Origin: Balanoglossus misakiensis | Taxonomy: Eukaryota; Animalia; Hemichordata | Direction of reading: 5' to 3' | DNA: 64,000 nt | NCBI GenBank assembly: GCA_040954595.2 | Contig: CM082577.2 | Span: forward strand, 20,558,303-20,622,302 | Shown here: piece by piece, positions 35,559 through 48,900 of the stretch | Position numbering within the stretch: the first letter of the stretch is position 1 | Layout of the letters: every line of letters begins with the position of its first letter | Position numbers and translations under genes: made by a program | Notes under the pieces: model-generated | What the model saw: the letters and a program-made list of their open reading frames with translations, nothing else | Told to the model about the DNA's origin: nothing | The model's database searches: none

Positions 35559-36779
35559 TTATTCTTGTGATAGTTTTTCTACACTGACCTGGTTTTCATT
35601 GTCACTGTTATGCTGTTTTGTCCTTGTTATTAATTTTGGTGTGAAGATCTGTTTCTTTCTTCGTTCTCTTTTCTTTCTTTTCTCAGTGGTGTTGTCATCA
35701 GCATGGCGTTTTGTCTGGCAGTTCAAAATGCCTGAAGTCTCAACTTCCATATTTTCCTCAGTTGTTTCCCGTTGTGTTTCCATGTCCCGTTGTTTCTCCT
35801 GTTCATAATTTGTTGTTTCGGACTCCTTTTCATTCACCAGTTCTTGGTTGTCATGTTCAGTTCCATCTGGTTTGGAGTTAACATTGTCCTCTTTCTGTTC
35901 TTCTGTGCGCTGTTCATCTTTGTCAGTGTTATTCAAGTTATCGTTGTTTACCTGTCCCTGTTCTTTGTCTTGTCTTTCCTCTTCTTCCTCCTCTTCTTGT
36001 ATTTCTTCCGCATATTTCGCGATGATTGCGTCGACCTCACCGTCTCCATAAATCTCTGCGTTGCAGTCAATGGCTTTATGGCCTATGGCGTTGCATCTGT
36101 AACATGTGAGATTTTGGCAGGCTCTTTCCAGATGACCCATTTGCTTACACCGTTTGCACTGATAATTTGGACAGTTGTATATTAGATGTGATGAGTCAAG
36201 ACAGTGATTGCAAACTTTATGCTGATTGGTATGGATTAATCTCACATAGGGACCATTACTTTCGAATTTCACAGCGTATGGAAGAGATTTGACTGCAGCA
36301 GGCAATTCTACACGAATAAAACGTGTACCGGTTTCTACATCTGGTTCTTCATGAAAAAATTTACGGATGACAGGACCTCGAATCTCACAGCCGAATTCCT
36401 GCAATTTCTCGACAATCGCTTCATCAGGAGTATAGGCAGGAACATTTAGAAAGGACACAGTTAGCAGTTGCCTTACCAAGCCTTGGATGTCAACTGGGCT
36501 CCCATCTACCGCAATACCTTCAGTAAGTAATTTCTCCGTGTCGTCATTGTTCTCTACACTAATTTGCCACACGCCATTGATCTTTACACACGCGAGAATG
36601 TGATCGCTTTCAATAATTTCCTTCACAGCACGAATCAGTTCCAGAGCTGAATAATCCTCATCCGTTATACATACGGTGTTCTCCTTGACAGCAGACCGTC
36701 GACCGGGACGACACACTGATCTGTACTTAGTCGGAGTACGTTGACGAACGCTCGAAGAAGAACCGGGCAGGGCGGCCAT
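35559..36779 (-). CDS. Tx1 ORF1p, three CCHC zinc knuckles and an acidic low-complexity tail, 406 aa
   Basis: ATG of MAALPG conserved in all three copies (the ORF track extends upstream to a GTG). Knuckles CNHCLDSSHLIYNC, CKRCKQMGHLERAC, CYRCNAIGHKAIDC. Confidence 0.92.
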   Translation of the reverse strand: MAALPGSSSSVRQRTPTKYRSVCRPGRRSAVKENTVCITDEDYSALELIRAVKEIIESDHILACVKINGVWQISVENNDDTEKLLTEGIAVDGSPVDIQGLVRQLLTVSFLNVPAYTPDEAIVEKLQEFGCEIRGPVIRKFFHEEPDVETGTRFIRVELPAAVKSLPYAVKFESNGPYVRLIHTNQHKVCNHCLDSSHLIYNCPNYQCKRCKQMGHLERACQNLTCYRCNAIGHKAIDCNAEIYGDGEVDAIIAKYAEEIQEEEEEEERQDKEQGQVNNDNLNNTDKDEQRTEEQKEDNVNSKPDGTEHDNQELVNEKESETTNYEQEKQRDMETQRETTEENMEVETSGILNCQTKRHADDNTTEKRKKRERRKKQIFTPKLITRTKQHNSDNENQVSVEKLSQE

Positions 36780-36961
36780 CTTGGCTAGACCCTGCCGGGC
36801 ACAGGCACACAAACGAAAACTTCTGAGATCTGCCCGAAAACAGACTCAGAAGTTAAAAATAAAGATGAAAACAATATCCGCAATGTCCTTAGAACACACT
36901 CAGGTTACTAGAATGACTGGATGACTAGATTTCGTTGAGATATTCGCCGATTACCGGGACC

Positions 36962-39900
36962 ACTACGCCCAACGCAGGTTTGCTTCGGTGATCGGACGAG
37001 AACCGGCTTATTCTACGTGGTATGGCCGTAGGCTAAAGATGGTTGAATTTCTCCTACTATAAACCTGAATCCTACACCATTGAACACATAGCCCGACTTG
37101 GCAAATTTTGTGGGTAACCGATCGACCTTCCATAGCTTATAAGGCAAGTGGGATAAAAAAAAATGGTTTGTTTTGTTCTGCAAAAAGTGTTTTTAGAATT
37201 CAGGCACTTTCAGAAAAGGAAGAAACGGACACTTGCGACAAAAATGTTATCCATCAGGCTACTCTTTAATGGAAAAGTTGGAAAAAAAATGAAGCCTACA
37301 GCACGTAGTATTCCCAGGCGGTCTCCCATCCAAGTACTAACTACGCCCAACGCAGGTTTGCTTCGGTGATCAGACGAGAACCGGCTTATTCTACGTGGTA
37401 TGGCCGTAGGCGAAAGATGGTTGAATTTCTCCTACTATAAACCTGAATCCTACACCATTGAACACATAGCCCGACTTGGCAAATTTTGTGGGTAACCGAT
37501 CGACCTTCCATAGCTTATAAGGCAAGTGGGATAAAAAAATGGTTTGTTTTGTTCTGCAAAAAGTGTTTTTAGAATTCAGGCACTTTCAGAAAAGGAAGAA
37601 ACGGACACTTGCGACAAAAATGTTATCCATCAGGCTACTCTTTAATGGAAAAGTTGGAACAAAAATGAAGCCTACAGCACGTAGTATTCCCAGGCGGTCT
37701 CCCATCCAAGTACTAACTACGCCCAACGCAGGTTTGCTTCGGTGATCAGACGAGAACCGGCTTATTCTACGTGGTATGGCCGTAGGCGGAAGATGGTTGA
37801 ATTTCTCCTACTATAAACCTGAATCCTACACCATTGAACACATAGCCCGACTTGGCTAATTTTGTGGGTAACCGATCGACCTTCCATAGCTTATAAGGCA
37901 AGTGGGATAAAAAAAATATGGTTTGTTTTGTTCTGCAAAAAGTGTTTTTAGAATTCAGGCACTTTCAGAAAAGGAAGAAACGGACACTTGCGACAAAAAT
38001 GTTATCCATCAGGCTACTCTTTAATGGAAAAGTTGGAAAAAATGAAGCCTACAGCACGTAGTATTCCCAGGCGGTCTCCCATCCAAGTACTAACTACGCC
38101 CAACGCAGGTTTGCTTCGGTGATCAGACGAGAACCGGCTTATTCTACGTGGTATGGCCGTAGGCGAAAGATGGTTGAATTTCTCCTACTATAAACCTGAA
38201 TCCTACACCATTGAACACATAGCCCGACTTGGCTAATTTTGTGGGTAACCGATCGACCTTCCATAGCTTATAAGGCAAGTGGGATAAAAAAATATGGCTT
38301 GTTTTGTTCTGCAAAAAGTGTTTTTAGAATTCAGGCACTTTCAGAAAAGGAAGAAACGGACACTTGCGACAAAAATGTTATCCATCAGGCTATACTCTTT
38401 AATGGAAAAGTTGGAGAAAAAAAATGAAGCCTACAGCACGTAGTATTCCCAGGCGGTCTCCCATCCAAGTACTAACTACGCCCAACGCAGGTTTGCTTCG
38501 GTGATCAGACGAGAACCGGCTTATTCTACGTGGTATGGCCGTAGGCGAAAGATGGTTGAATTTCTCCTACTATAAACCTGAATCCTACACCATTGAACAC
38601 ATAGCCCGACTTGGCTAATTTTGTGGGTAACCGATCGACCTTCCATAGCTTATAAGGCAAGTGGGATAAAAAAAATGGTTTGTTTTGTTCTGCAAAAAGT
38701 GTTTTTAGAATTCAGGCACTTTCAGAAAAGGAAGAAACGGACACTTGCGACAAAAATGTTATCCATCAGGCTACTCTTTAATTGAAAAGTTGGAAAAAAA
38801 AATGAAGCCTACAGCACGTAGTATTCCCAGGCGGTCTCCCATCCAAGTACTAACTACGCCCAACGCAGGTTAGCTTCGGTGATCAGACGAGAACCGGCTT
38901 ATTCTACGTGGTATGGCCGTAGGCGAAATATGGTTGAATTTCTCCTACTATAAACCTGAATCCTACACCATTGAACACATAGCCCGACTTGGCTAATTTT
39001 GTGGGTAACCGATCGACCTTCCATAGCTTATAAGGCAAGTGGGATAAAAAAATATGGTTTGTTTTGTTCTGCAAAAAGTGTTTTTAGAATTCAGGCACTT
39101 TCAGAAAAGGAAGAAACGGACACTTGCGACAAAAATGTTATCCATCAGGCTACTCTTTAATGGAAAAGTTGGGGGAAAAAATGAAGCCTACAGCACTTAG
39201 TATTCCCAGGCGGTCTCCCATCCAAGTACTAACTACGCCCAACGCAGATTTGCTTCGGTGATCAGACGAGAACCGGCTTATTCTACGTGGTATGGCCGTA
39301 GGCGAAAGATGGTTGAATTTCTCCTACTATAAACCTGAATCCTACACCATTGAACACATAGCCCGACTTGGCTAATTTTGTGGGTAACCGATCGACCTTC
39401 CATAGCTTATAAGGCAAGTGGGATAAAAAAAAATGGTTTGTTTTGTTCTGCAAAAAGTGTTTTTAGAATTCAGGCACTTTCAGAAAAGGAAGAAACGGAC
39501 ACTTGCGACAAAAATGTTATCCATCAGGCTACTCTTTAATGGAAAAGTTGGAAAAAAAATGAAGCCTACAGCACGTAGTTTTCCCAGGCGGTCTCCCATC
39601 CAAGTACTAACTACGCCCAACGCAGGTTTGCTTCGGTGATCAGACGAGAACCGGCTTATTCTACGTGGTATGGCCGTAGGCGAAAGATGGTTGAATTTCT
39701 CCTACTATAAACCTGAATCCTACACCATTGAACACATAGCCCGACTTGGCAAATTTTGTGGGTAACCGATCGACCTTCCATAGCTTATAAGGCAAGTGGG
39801 ATAAAAAAAATGGTTTGTTTTGTTCTGCAAAAAGTGTTTTTAGAATTCAGGCACTTTCAGAAAAGGAAGAAACGGACACTTGCGACAAAAATGTTATCCA

Positions 39901-42900
39901 TCAGGCTACTCTTTAATGGAAAAGTTGGAAAAAAAATGAAGCCTACAGCACGTAGTATTCCCAGGCGGTCTCCCATCCAAGTACTAACTACGCCCAACGC
40001 AGGTTTGCTTCGGTGATCAGACGAGAACCGGCTTATTCTACGTGGTATGGCCGTAGGCGAAATATGGTTGAATTTCTCCTACTATAAACCTGAATCCTAC
40101 ACCATTGAACACATAGCCCGACTTGGCTAATTTTGTGGGTAACCGATCGACCTTCCATAGCTTATAAGGCAAGTGGGATAAAAAAAATATGGTTTGTTTT
40201 GTTCTGAAAAAAGTGTTTTTAGAATTCAGGCACTTTCAGAAAAGGAAGAAACGGACACTTGCGACAAAATGTTATCCATCAGGCTACTCTTTAATAAAAA
40301 AGTTGGAAAAAAATGAAGCCTACAGCACGTAGTATTACCAGGCGGTCTCCCATCCAAGTACTAACTACGCCCAACGCAGGTTTGCTTCGGTGATCAGACG
40401 AGAACCGGCTTATTCTACGTGGTATGGCCGTAGGCGAAAGATGGTTGAATTTCTCCTACTATAAACCTGAATCCTACACCATTGAACACATAGCCCGACT
40501 TGGCTAATTTTGTGGGTAACCGATCGACCTTCCATAGCTTATAAGGCAAGTGGGATAAAAAAATATGGCTTGTTTTGTTCTGCAAAAAGTGTTTTTAGAA
40601 TTCAGGCACTTTCAGAAAAGGAAGAAACGGACACTTGCGACAAAAATGTTATCCATCAGGCTATACTCTTTAATGGAAAAGTTGGAAAAAAAATGAAGCC
40701 TACAGCACGTAGTATTCCCAGGCGGTCTCCCATCCAAGTACTAACTACGCCCAACGCAGGTTTGCTTCGGTGATCAGACGAGAACCGGCTTATTCTACGT
40801 GGTATGGCCGTAGGCGAAAGATGGTTGAATTTCTCCTACTATAAACCTGAATCCTACACCATTGAACACATAGCCCGACTTGGCTAATTTTGTGGGTAAC
40901 CGATCGACCTTCCATAGCTTATAAGGCAAGTGGGATAAAAAAATATGGTTTTTTTTGTTCTGCAAAAAGTGTTTTTAGAATTCAGGCACTTTCAAAAAAG
41001 GAAGAAACGGACACTTGCGACAAAAATGTTATCCATCAGGCTACTCTTTAATGGAAAAGTTGGAAAAAAATGTAGCCTACAGCACGTAGTATTCCCAGGC
41101 GGTCTCCCATCCAAGTACTAACTACGCCCAACGCAGGTTTGCTTCGGTGATCAGACGAGAACCGGCTTATTCTACGTGGTATGGCCGTAGGCGAAAGATG
41201 GTTGAATTTCTCCTACTATAAACCTGAATCCTACACCATTGAACACATAGCCCGACTTGGCTAATTTTGTGGGTAACCGATCGACCTTCCATAGCTTATA
41301 AGGCAAGTGGGATAAAAAAAATGGTTTGTTTTGTTCTGCAAAAAGTGTTTTTAGAATTCAGGCACTTTCAGAAAAGGAAGAAACGGACACTTGCGACAAA
41401 AATGTTATCCATCAGGCTACTCTTTAATGGAAAAGTTGGAAAAAATGAAGCCTACAGCACGTAGTATTCCCAGGCGGTCTCCCATCCAAGTACTAACTAC
41501 GCCCAACGCAGGTTTGCTTCGGTGATCAGACGAGAACCGGCTTATTCTACGTGGTATGGCCGTAGGCGAAAGATGGTTGAATTTCTCCTACTATAAACCT
41601 GAATCCTACACCATTGAACACATAGCCCGACTTGGCTAATTTTGTGGGTAACCGATCGACCTTCCATAGCTTATAAGGCAAGTGGGATAAAAAAATATGG
41701 CTTGTTTTGTTCTGCAAAAAGTGTTTTTAGAATTCAGGCACTTTCAGAAAAGGAAGAAACGGACACTTGCGACAAAAATGTTATCCATCAGGCTATACTC
41801 TTTAATGGAAAAGTTGGAGAAAAAAATGAAGCCTACAGCACGTAGTATTCCCAGGCGGTCTCCCATCCAAGTACTAACTACGCCCAACGCAGGTTTGCTT
41901 CGGTGATCAGACGAGAACCGGCTTATTCTACGTGGTATGGCCGTAGGCGAAAGATGGTTGAATTTCTCCTACTATAAACCTGAATCCTACACCATTGAAC
42001 ACATAGCCCGACTTGGCTAATTTTGTGGGTAACCGATCGACCTTCCATAGCTTATAAGGCAAGTGGGATAAAAAAAATGGTTTGTTTTGTTCTGCAAAAA
42101 GTGTTTTTAGAATTCAGGCACTTTCAGAAAAGGAAGAAACGGACACTTGCGACAAAAATGTTATCCATCAGGCTACTCTTTAATTGAAAAGTTGGAAAAA
42201 AAAATGAAGCCTACAGCACGTAGTATTCCCAGGCGGTCTCCCATCCAAGTACTAACTACGCCCAACGCAGGTTAGCTTCGGTGATCAGACGAGAACCGGC
42301 TTATTCTACGTGGTATGGCCGTAGGCGAAATATGGTTGAATTTCTCCTACTATAAACCTGAATCCTACACCATTGAACACATAGCCCGACTTGGCTAATT
42401 TTGTGGGTAACCGATCGACCTTCCATAGCTTATAAGGCAAGTGGGATAAAAAAATATGGTTTGTTTTGTTCTGCAAAAAGTGTTTTTAGAATTCAGGCAC
42501 TTTCAGAAAAGGAAGAAACGGACACTTGCGACAAAAATGTTATCCATCAGGCTACTCTTTAATGGAAAAGTTGGGGGAAAAAATGAAGCCTACAGCACTT
42601 AGTATTCCCAGGCGGTCTCCCATCCAAGTACTAACTACGCCCAACGCAGATTTGCTTCGGTGATCAGACGAGAACCGGCTTATTCTACGTGGTATGGCCG
42701 TAGGCGAAAGATGGTTGAATTTCTCCTACTATAAACCTGAATCCTACACCATTGAACACATAGCCCGACTTGGCTAATTTTGTGGGTAACCGATCGACCT
42801 TCCATAGCTTATAAGGCAAGTGGGATAAAAAAAAATGGTTTGTTTTGTTCTGCAAAAAGTGTTTTTAGAATTCAGGCACTTTCAGAAAAGGAAGAAACGG

Positions 42901-45900
42901 ACACTTGCGACAAAAATGTTATCCATCAGGCTACTCTTTAATGGAAAAGTTGGAAAAAAAATGAAGCCTACAGCACGTAGTTTTCCCAGGCGGTCTCCCA
43001 TCCAAGTACTAACTACGCCCAACGCAGGTTTGCTTCGGTGATCAGACGAGAACCGGCTTATTCTACGTGGTATGGCCGTAGGCGAAAGATGGTTGAATTT
43101 CTCCTACTATAAACCTGAATCCTACACCATTGAACACATAGCCCGACTTGGCAAATTTTGTGGGTAACCGATCGACCTTCCATAGCTTATAAGGCAAGTG
43201 GGATAAAAAAAATGGTTTGTTTTGTTCTGCAAAAAGTGTTTTTAGAATTCAGGCACTTTCAGAAAAGGAAGAAACGGACACTTGCGACAAAAATGTTATC
43301 CATCAGGCTACTCTTTAATGGAAAAGTTGGAAAAAAAATGAAGCCTACAGCACGTAGTATTCCCAGGCGGTCTCCCATCCAAGTACTAACTACGCCCAAC
43401 GCAGGTTTGCTTCGGTGATCAGACGAGAACCGGCTTATTCTACGTGGTATGGCCGTAGGCGAAATATGGTTGAATTTCTCCTACTATAAACCTGAATCCT
43501 ACACCATTGAACACATAGCCCGACTTGGCTAATTTTGTGGGTAACCGATCGACCTTCCATAGCTTATAAGGCAAGTGGGATAAAAAAAATATGGTTTGTT
43601 TTGTTCTGAAAAAAGTGTTTTTAGAATTCAGGCACTTTCAGAAAAGGAAGAAACGGACACTTGCGACAAAAATGTTATCCATCAGGCTACTCTTTAATAA
43701 AAAAGTTGGAAAAAAATGAAGCCTACAGCACGTAGTATTACCAGGCGGTCTCCCATCCAAGTACTAACTACGCCCAACGCAGGTTTGCTTCGGTGATCAG
43801 ACGAGAACCGGCTTATTCTACGTGGTATGGCCGTAGGCGAAAGATGGTTGAATTTCTCCTACTATAAACCTGAATCCTACACCATTGAACACATAGCCCG
43901 ACTTGGCTAATTTTGTGGGTAACCGATCGACCTTCCATAGCTTATAAGGCAAGTGGGATAAAAAAATATGGCTTGTTTTGTTCTGCAAAAAGTGTTTTTA
44001 GAATTCAGGCACTTTCAGAAAAGGAAGAAACGGACACTTGCGACAAAAATGTTATCCATCAGGCTATACTCTTTAATGGAAAAGTTGGAAAAAAAATGAA
44101 GCCTACAGCACGTAGTATTCCCAGGCGGTCTCCCATCCAAGTACTAACTACGCCCAACGCAGGTTTGCTTCGGTGATCAGACGAGAACCGGCTTATTCTA
44201 CGTGGTATGGCCGTAGGCGAAAGATGGTTGAATTTCTCCTACTATAAACCTGAATCCTACACCATTGAACACATAGCCCGACTTGGCTAATTTTGTGGGT
44301 AACCGATCGACCTTCCATAGCTTATAAGGCAAGTGGGATAAAAAAATATGGTTTTTTTTGTTCTGCAAAAAGTGTTTTTAGAATTCAGGCACTTTCAAAA
44401 AAGGAAGAAACGGACACTTGCGACAAAAATGTTATCCATCAGGCTACTCTTTAATGGAAAAGTTGGAAAAAAATGTAGCCTACAGCACGTAGTATTCCCA
44501 GGCGGTCTCCCATCCAAGTACTAACTACGCCCAACGCAGGTTTGCTTCGGTGATCAGACGAGAACCGGCTTATTCTACGTGGTATGGCCGTAGGCGAAAG
44601 ATGGTTGAATTTCTCCTACTATAAACCTGAATCCTACACCATTGAACACATAGCCCGACTTGGCTAATTTTGTGGGTAACCGATCGACCTTCCATAGCTT
44701 ATAAGGCAAGTGGGATAACAAAAAATGGTTTGTTTTGTTCTGCAAAAAGTGTTTTTAGAATTCAGGCACTTTCAGAAAAGGAAGAAACGGTCACTTGCGA
44801 CAAAAATGTTATCCATCAGGCTACTCTTTAATGGAAAAGTTGGAAAAAAAATGAAGCCTACAGCACGTAGTATTCCCAGGCGGTCTCCCATCCAAGTACT
44901 AACTACGCCCAACGCAGGTTTGCTTCGGTGATCAGACGAGAACCGGCTTATTCTACGTGGTATGGCCGTAGGCGAAAGATGGTTGAATTTCTCCTACTAT
45001 AAACCTGAATCCTACACCATTGAACACATAGCCTGACTTGGCTAATTTTGTGGGTAACCGATCGACCTTCCATAGCTTATAAGGCAAGTGGGATAACAAA
45101 AAATGGTTTGTTTTGTTCTGCAAAAAGTGTTTTTAGAATTCAGGCACTTTCAGAAAAGGAAGAAACGGTCACTTGCGACAAAAATGTTATCCATCAGGCT
45201 ACTCTTTAATGGAAAAGTTGGAAAAAAAATGAAGCCTACAGCACGTAGTATTCCCAGGCGGTCTCCCATCCAAGTACTAACTACGCCCAACGCAGGTTTG
45301 CTTCGGTGATCAGGCGAGAACCGGCTTATTCTACGTGGTATGGCCGTAGGCGAAAGATGGTTGAATTTCTCCTACTATAAACCTGAATCCTACACCATTG
45401 AACACATAGCCTGACTTGGCTAATTTTGTGGGTAACCGATCGACCTTCCATAGCTTATAAGGCAAGTGGGATAAAAAAAATATGGTTTGTTTTGTTCTGC
45501 AAAAAGTGTTTTTAGAATTCAGGCACTTTCAGAAAAGGAAGAAACGGACACTTGCGACAAAAATGTTATCCATCAGGCTACTCTTTAATGGAAAAGTTGG
45601 AAAAAAAATGAAGCCTACAGCACGTAGTATTCCCAGGCGGTCTCCCATCCAAGTACTAACTACGCCCAACGCAGGTTTGCTTCGGTGATCAGACGAGAAC
45701 CGGCTTATTCTACGTGGTATGGCCGTAGGCGAAAGATGGTTGAATTTCTCCTACTATAAACCTGAATCCTACACCATTGAACACATAGCCTGACTTGGCT
45801 AATTTTGTGGGTAACCGATCGACCTTCCATAGCTTATAAGGCAAGTGGGATAAAAAAATATGGTTTGTTTTGTTCTGAAAAAAGTGTTTTTAGAATTCAG

Positions 45901-48900
45901 GCACTTTCAGAAAAGGAAGAAACGGACACTTGCGACAAAAATGTTATCCATCAGGCTACTCTTTAATGGAAAAGTTGGAAAAAAATGAAGCCTACAGCAC
46001 TTAGTATTCCCAGGCGGTCTCCCATCCATCCAAGTACTAACTACGCCCAACGCAGGTTTGCTTCGGTGATCAGACGAGAACCGGCTTATTCTACGTGGTA
46101 TGGCCGTAGGCGAAAGATGGTTGAATTTCTCCTACTATAAACCTGAATCCTACACCATTGAACACATAGCCTGACTTGGCTAATTTTGTGGGTAACCGAT
46201 CGACCTTCCATAGCTTATAAGGCAAGTGGGATAAAAAAATATGGTTTGTTTTGTTCTGAAAAAAGTGTTTTTAGAATTCAGGCACTTTCAGAAAAGGAAG
46301 AAACGGACACTTGCGACAAAAATGTTATCCATCAGGCTACTCTTTAATGGAAAAGTTGGAAAAAAATGAAGCCTACAGCACTTAGTATTCCCAGGCGGTC
46401 TCCCATCCATCCAAGTACTAACTACGCCCAACGCAGGTTTGCTTCGGTGATCAGATGAGAACCGGCTTATTCTACGTGGTATGGCCGTAGGCGAAAGATG
46501 GTTGAATTTCTCCTACTATAAACCTGAATCCTACACCATTGAACACATAGCCTGACTTGGCTAATTTTGTGGGTAACCGATCGACCTTCCATAGCTTATA
46601 AGGCAAGTGGGATAAAAAAATATGGTTTGTTTTGTTCTGAAAAAAGTGTTTTTAGAATTCAGGCACTTTCAGAAAAGGAAGAAACGGACACTTGCGACAA
46701 AAATGTTATCCATCAGGCTACTCTTTAATGGAAAAGTTGGAAAAAAATGAAGCCTACAGCACTTAGTATTCCCAGGCGGTCTCCCATCCATCCAAGTACT
46801 AACTACGCCCAACGCAGGTTTGCTTCGGTGATCAGACGAGAACCGGCTTATTCTACGTGGTATGGCCGTAGGCGAAAGATGGTTGAATTTCTCCTACTAT
46901 AAACCTGAATCCTACACCATTGAACACATAGCCCGACTTGGCTAATTTTGTGGGTAACCGATCGACCTTCCATAGCTTATAAGGCAAGTGGGATAAAAAA
47001 AAAATGGTTTGTTTTGTTCTGCAAAAAGTGTTTTTAGAATTCAGGCACTTTCAGAAAAGGAAGAAACGGACACTTGCGACAAAAATGTTATCCATCAGGC
47101 TACTCTTTAATGGAAAAGTTGGAGAAAAAAAATGAAGCCTACAGCACGTAGTATTCCCAGGTGGTCTCCCATCCAAGTACTAACTACGCCCAACGCAGGT
47201 TTGCTTCGGTGATCAGACGAGAACCGGCTTATTCTACGTGGTATGGCCGTAGGCGAAAGATGGTTGAATTTCTCCTACTATAAACCTGAATCCTACACCA
47301 TTGAACACATAGCCTGACTTGGCTAATTTTGTGGGTAACCGATCGACCTTCCATAGCTTATAAGGCAAGTGGGATAAAAAAATATGGTTTGTTTTGTTCT
47401 GCAAAAAGTGTTTTTAGAATTCAGGCTCTTTCAGAACAGGAAGAAACGGACACTTGCGACAAAAATGTTATCCATCAGGCTACTCTTTAATGGAAAAGTT
47501 GGAATAAAAATGAAGCCTACAGCACGTAGTATTCCCAGGCGGTCTCCCATCCAAGTACTAACTACGCCCAACGCAGGTTTGCTTCGGTGATCAGACGAGA
47601 ACCGGCTTATTCTACGTGGTATGGCCGTAGGCGAAAGATGGTTGAATTTCTCCTACTATAAACCTGAATCCTACACCATTGAACACATAGCCTGACTTGG
47701 CTAATTTTGTGGGTAACCGATCGACCTTCCATAGCTTATAAGGCAAGTGGGATACAAAAATATGGTTTGTTTTGTTCTGCAAAAAGTGTTTTTAGAATTC
47801 AGGCACTTTCAGAAAAGGAAGAAACGGACACTTGCGACAAAGATGTTATCCATCAGGCTACTCTTTAATGGAAAAGTTGGAAAAAAAATGAAGCCTACAG
47901 CACGTAGTATTCCCAGGCGGTCTCCCATCCATCCAAGTACTAACTACGCCCAACGCAGGTTTGCTTCGGTGATCAGACGAGAACCGGCTTATTCTACGTG
48001 GTATGGCCGTAGGCGAAAGATGGTTGAATTTCTCCTACTATAAACCTGAATCCTACACCATTGAACACATAGCCCGACTTGGCTAATTTTGTGGGTAACC
48101 GATCGACCTTCCATAGCTTATAAGGCAAGTGGGATAAAAAAAAAATGGTTTGTTTTGTTCTGCAAAAAGTGTTTTTAGAATTCAGGCACTTTCAGAAAAG
48201 GAAGAAACGGACACTTGCGACAAAAATGTTATCCATCAGGCTACTCTTTAATGGAAAAGTTGGAGAAAAAAAATGAAGCCTACAGCACGTAGTATTCCCA
48301 GGTGGTCTCCCATCCAAGTACTAACTACGCCCAACGCAGGTTTGCTTCGGTGATCAGACGAGAACCGGCTTATTCTACGTGGTATGGCCGTAGGCGAAAG
48401 ATGGTTGAATTTCTCCTACTATAAACCTGAATCCTACACCATTGAACACATAGCCTGACTTGGCTAATTTTGTGGGTAACCGATCGACCTTCCATAGCTT
48501 ATAAGGCAAGTGGGATACAAAAATATGGTTTGTTTTGTTCTGCAAAAAGTGTTTTTAGAATTCAGGCTCTTTCAGAACAGGAAGAAACGGACACTTGCGA
48601 CAAAAATGTTATCCATCAGGCTACTCTTTAATGGAAAAGTTGGAATAAAAATGAAGCCTACAGCACGTAGTATTCCCAGGCGGTCTCCCATCCAAGTACT
48701 AACTACGCCCAACGCAGGTTTGCTTCGGTGATCAGACGAGAACCGGCTTATTCTACGTGGTATGGCCGTAGGCGAAAGATGGTTGAATTTCTCCTACTAT
48801 AAACCTGAATCCTACACCATTGAACACATAGCCTGACTTGGCTAATTTTGTGGGTAACCGATCGACCTTCCATAGCTTATAAGGCAAGTGGGATACAAAA

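Larger units (their letters stand above)
31259..36961 (-). mobile_element. 5S rDNA-specific Tx1-clade retrotransposon, copy 2 (full length, intact, 5703 bp)
   Basis: Poly(A) joined to 5S nt 27 at 31258; 5' end joined to 5S nt 1-72 (36962-37033); both ORFs open. Confidence 0.96.
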
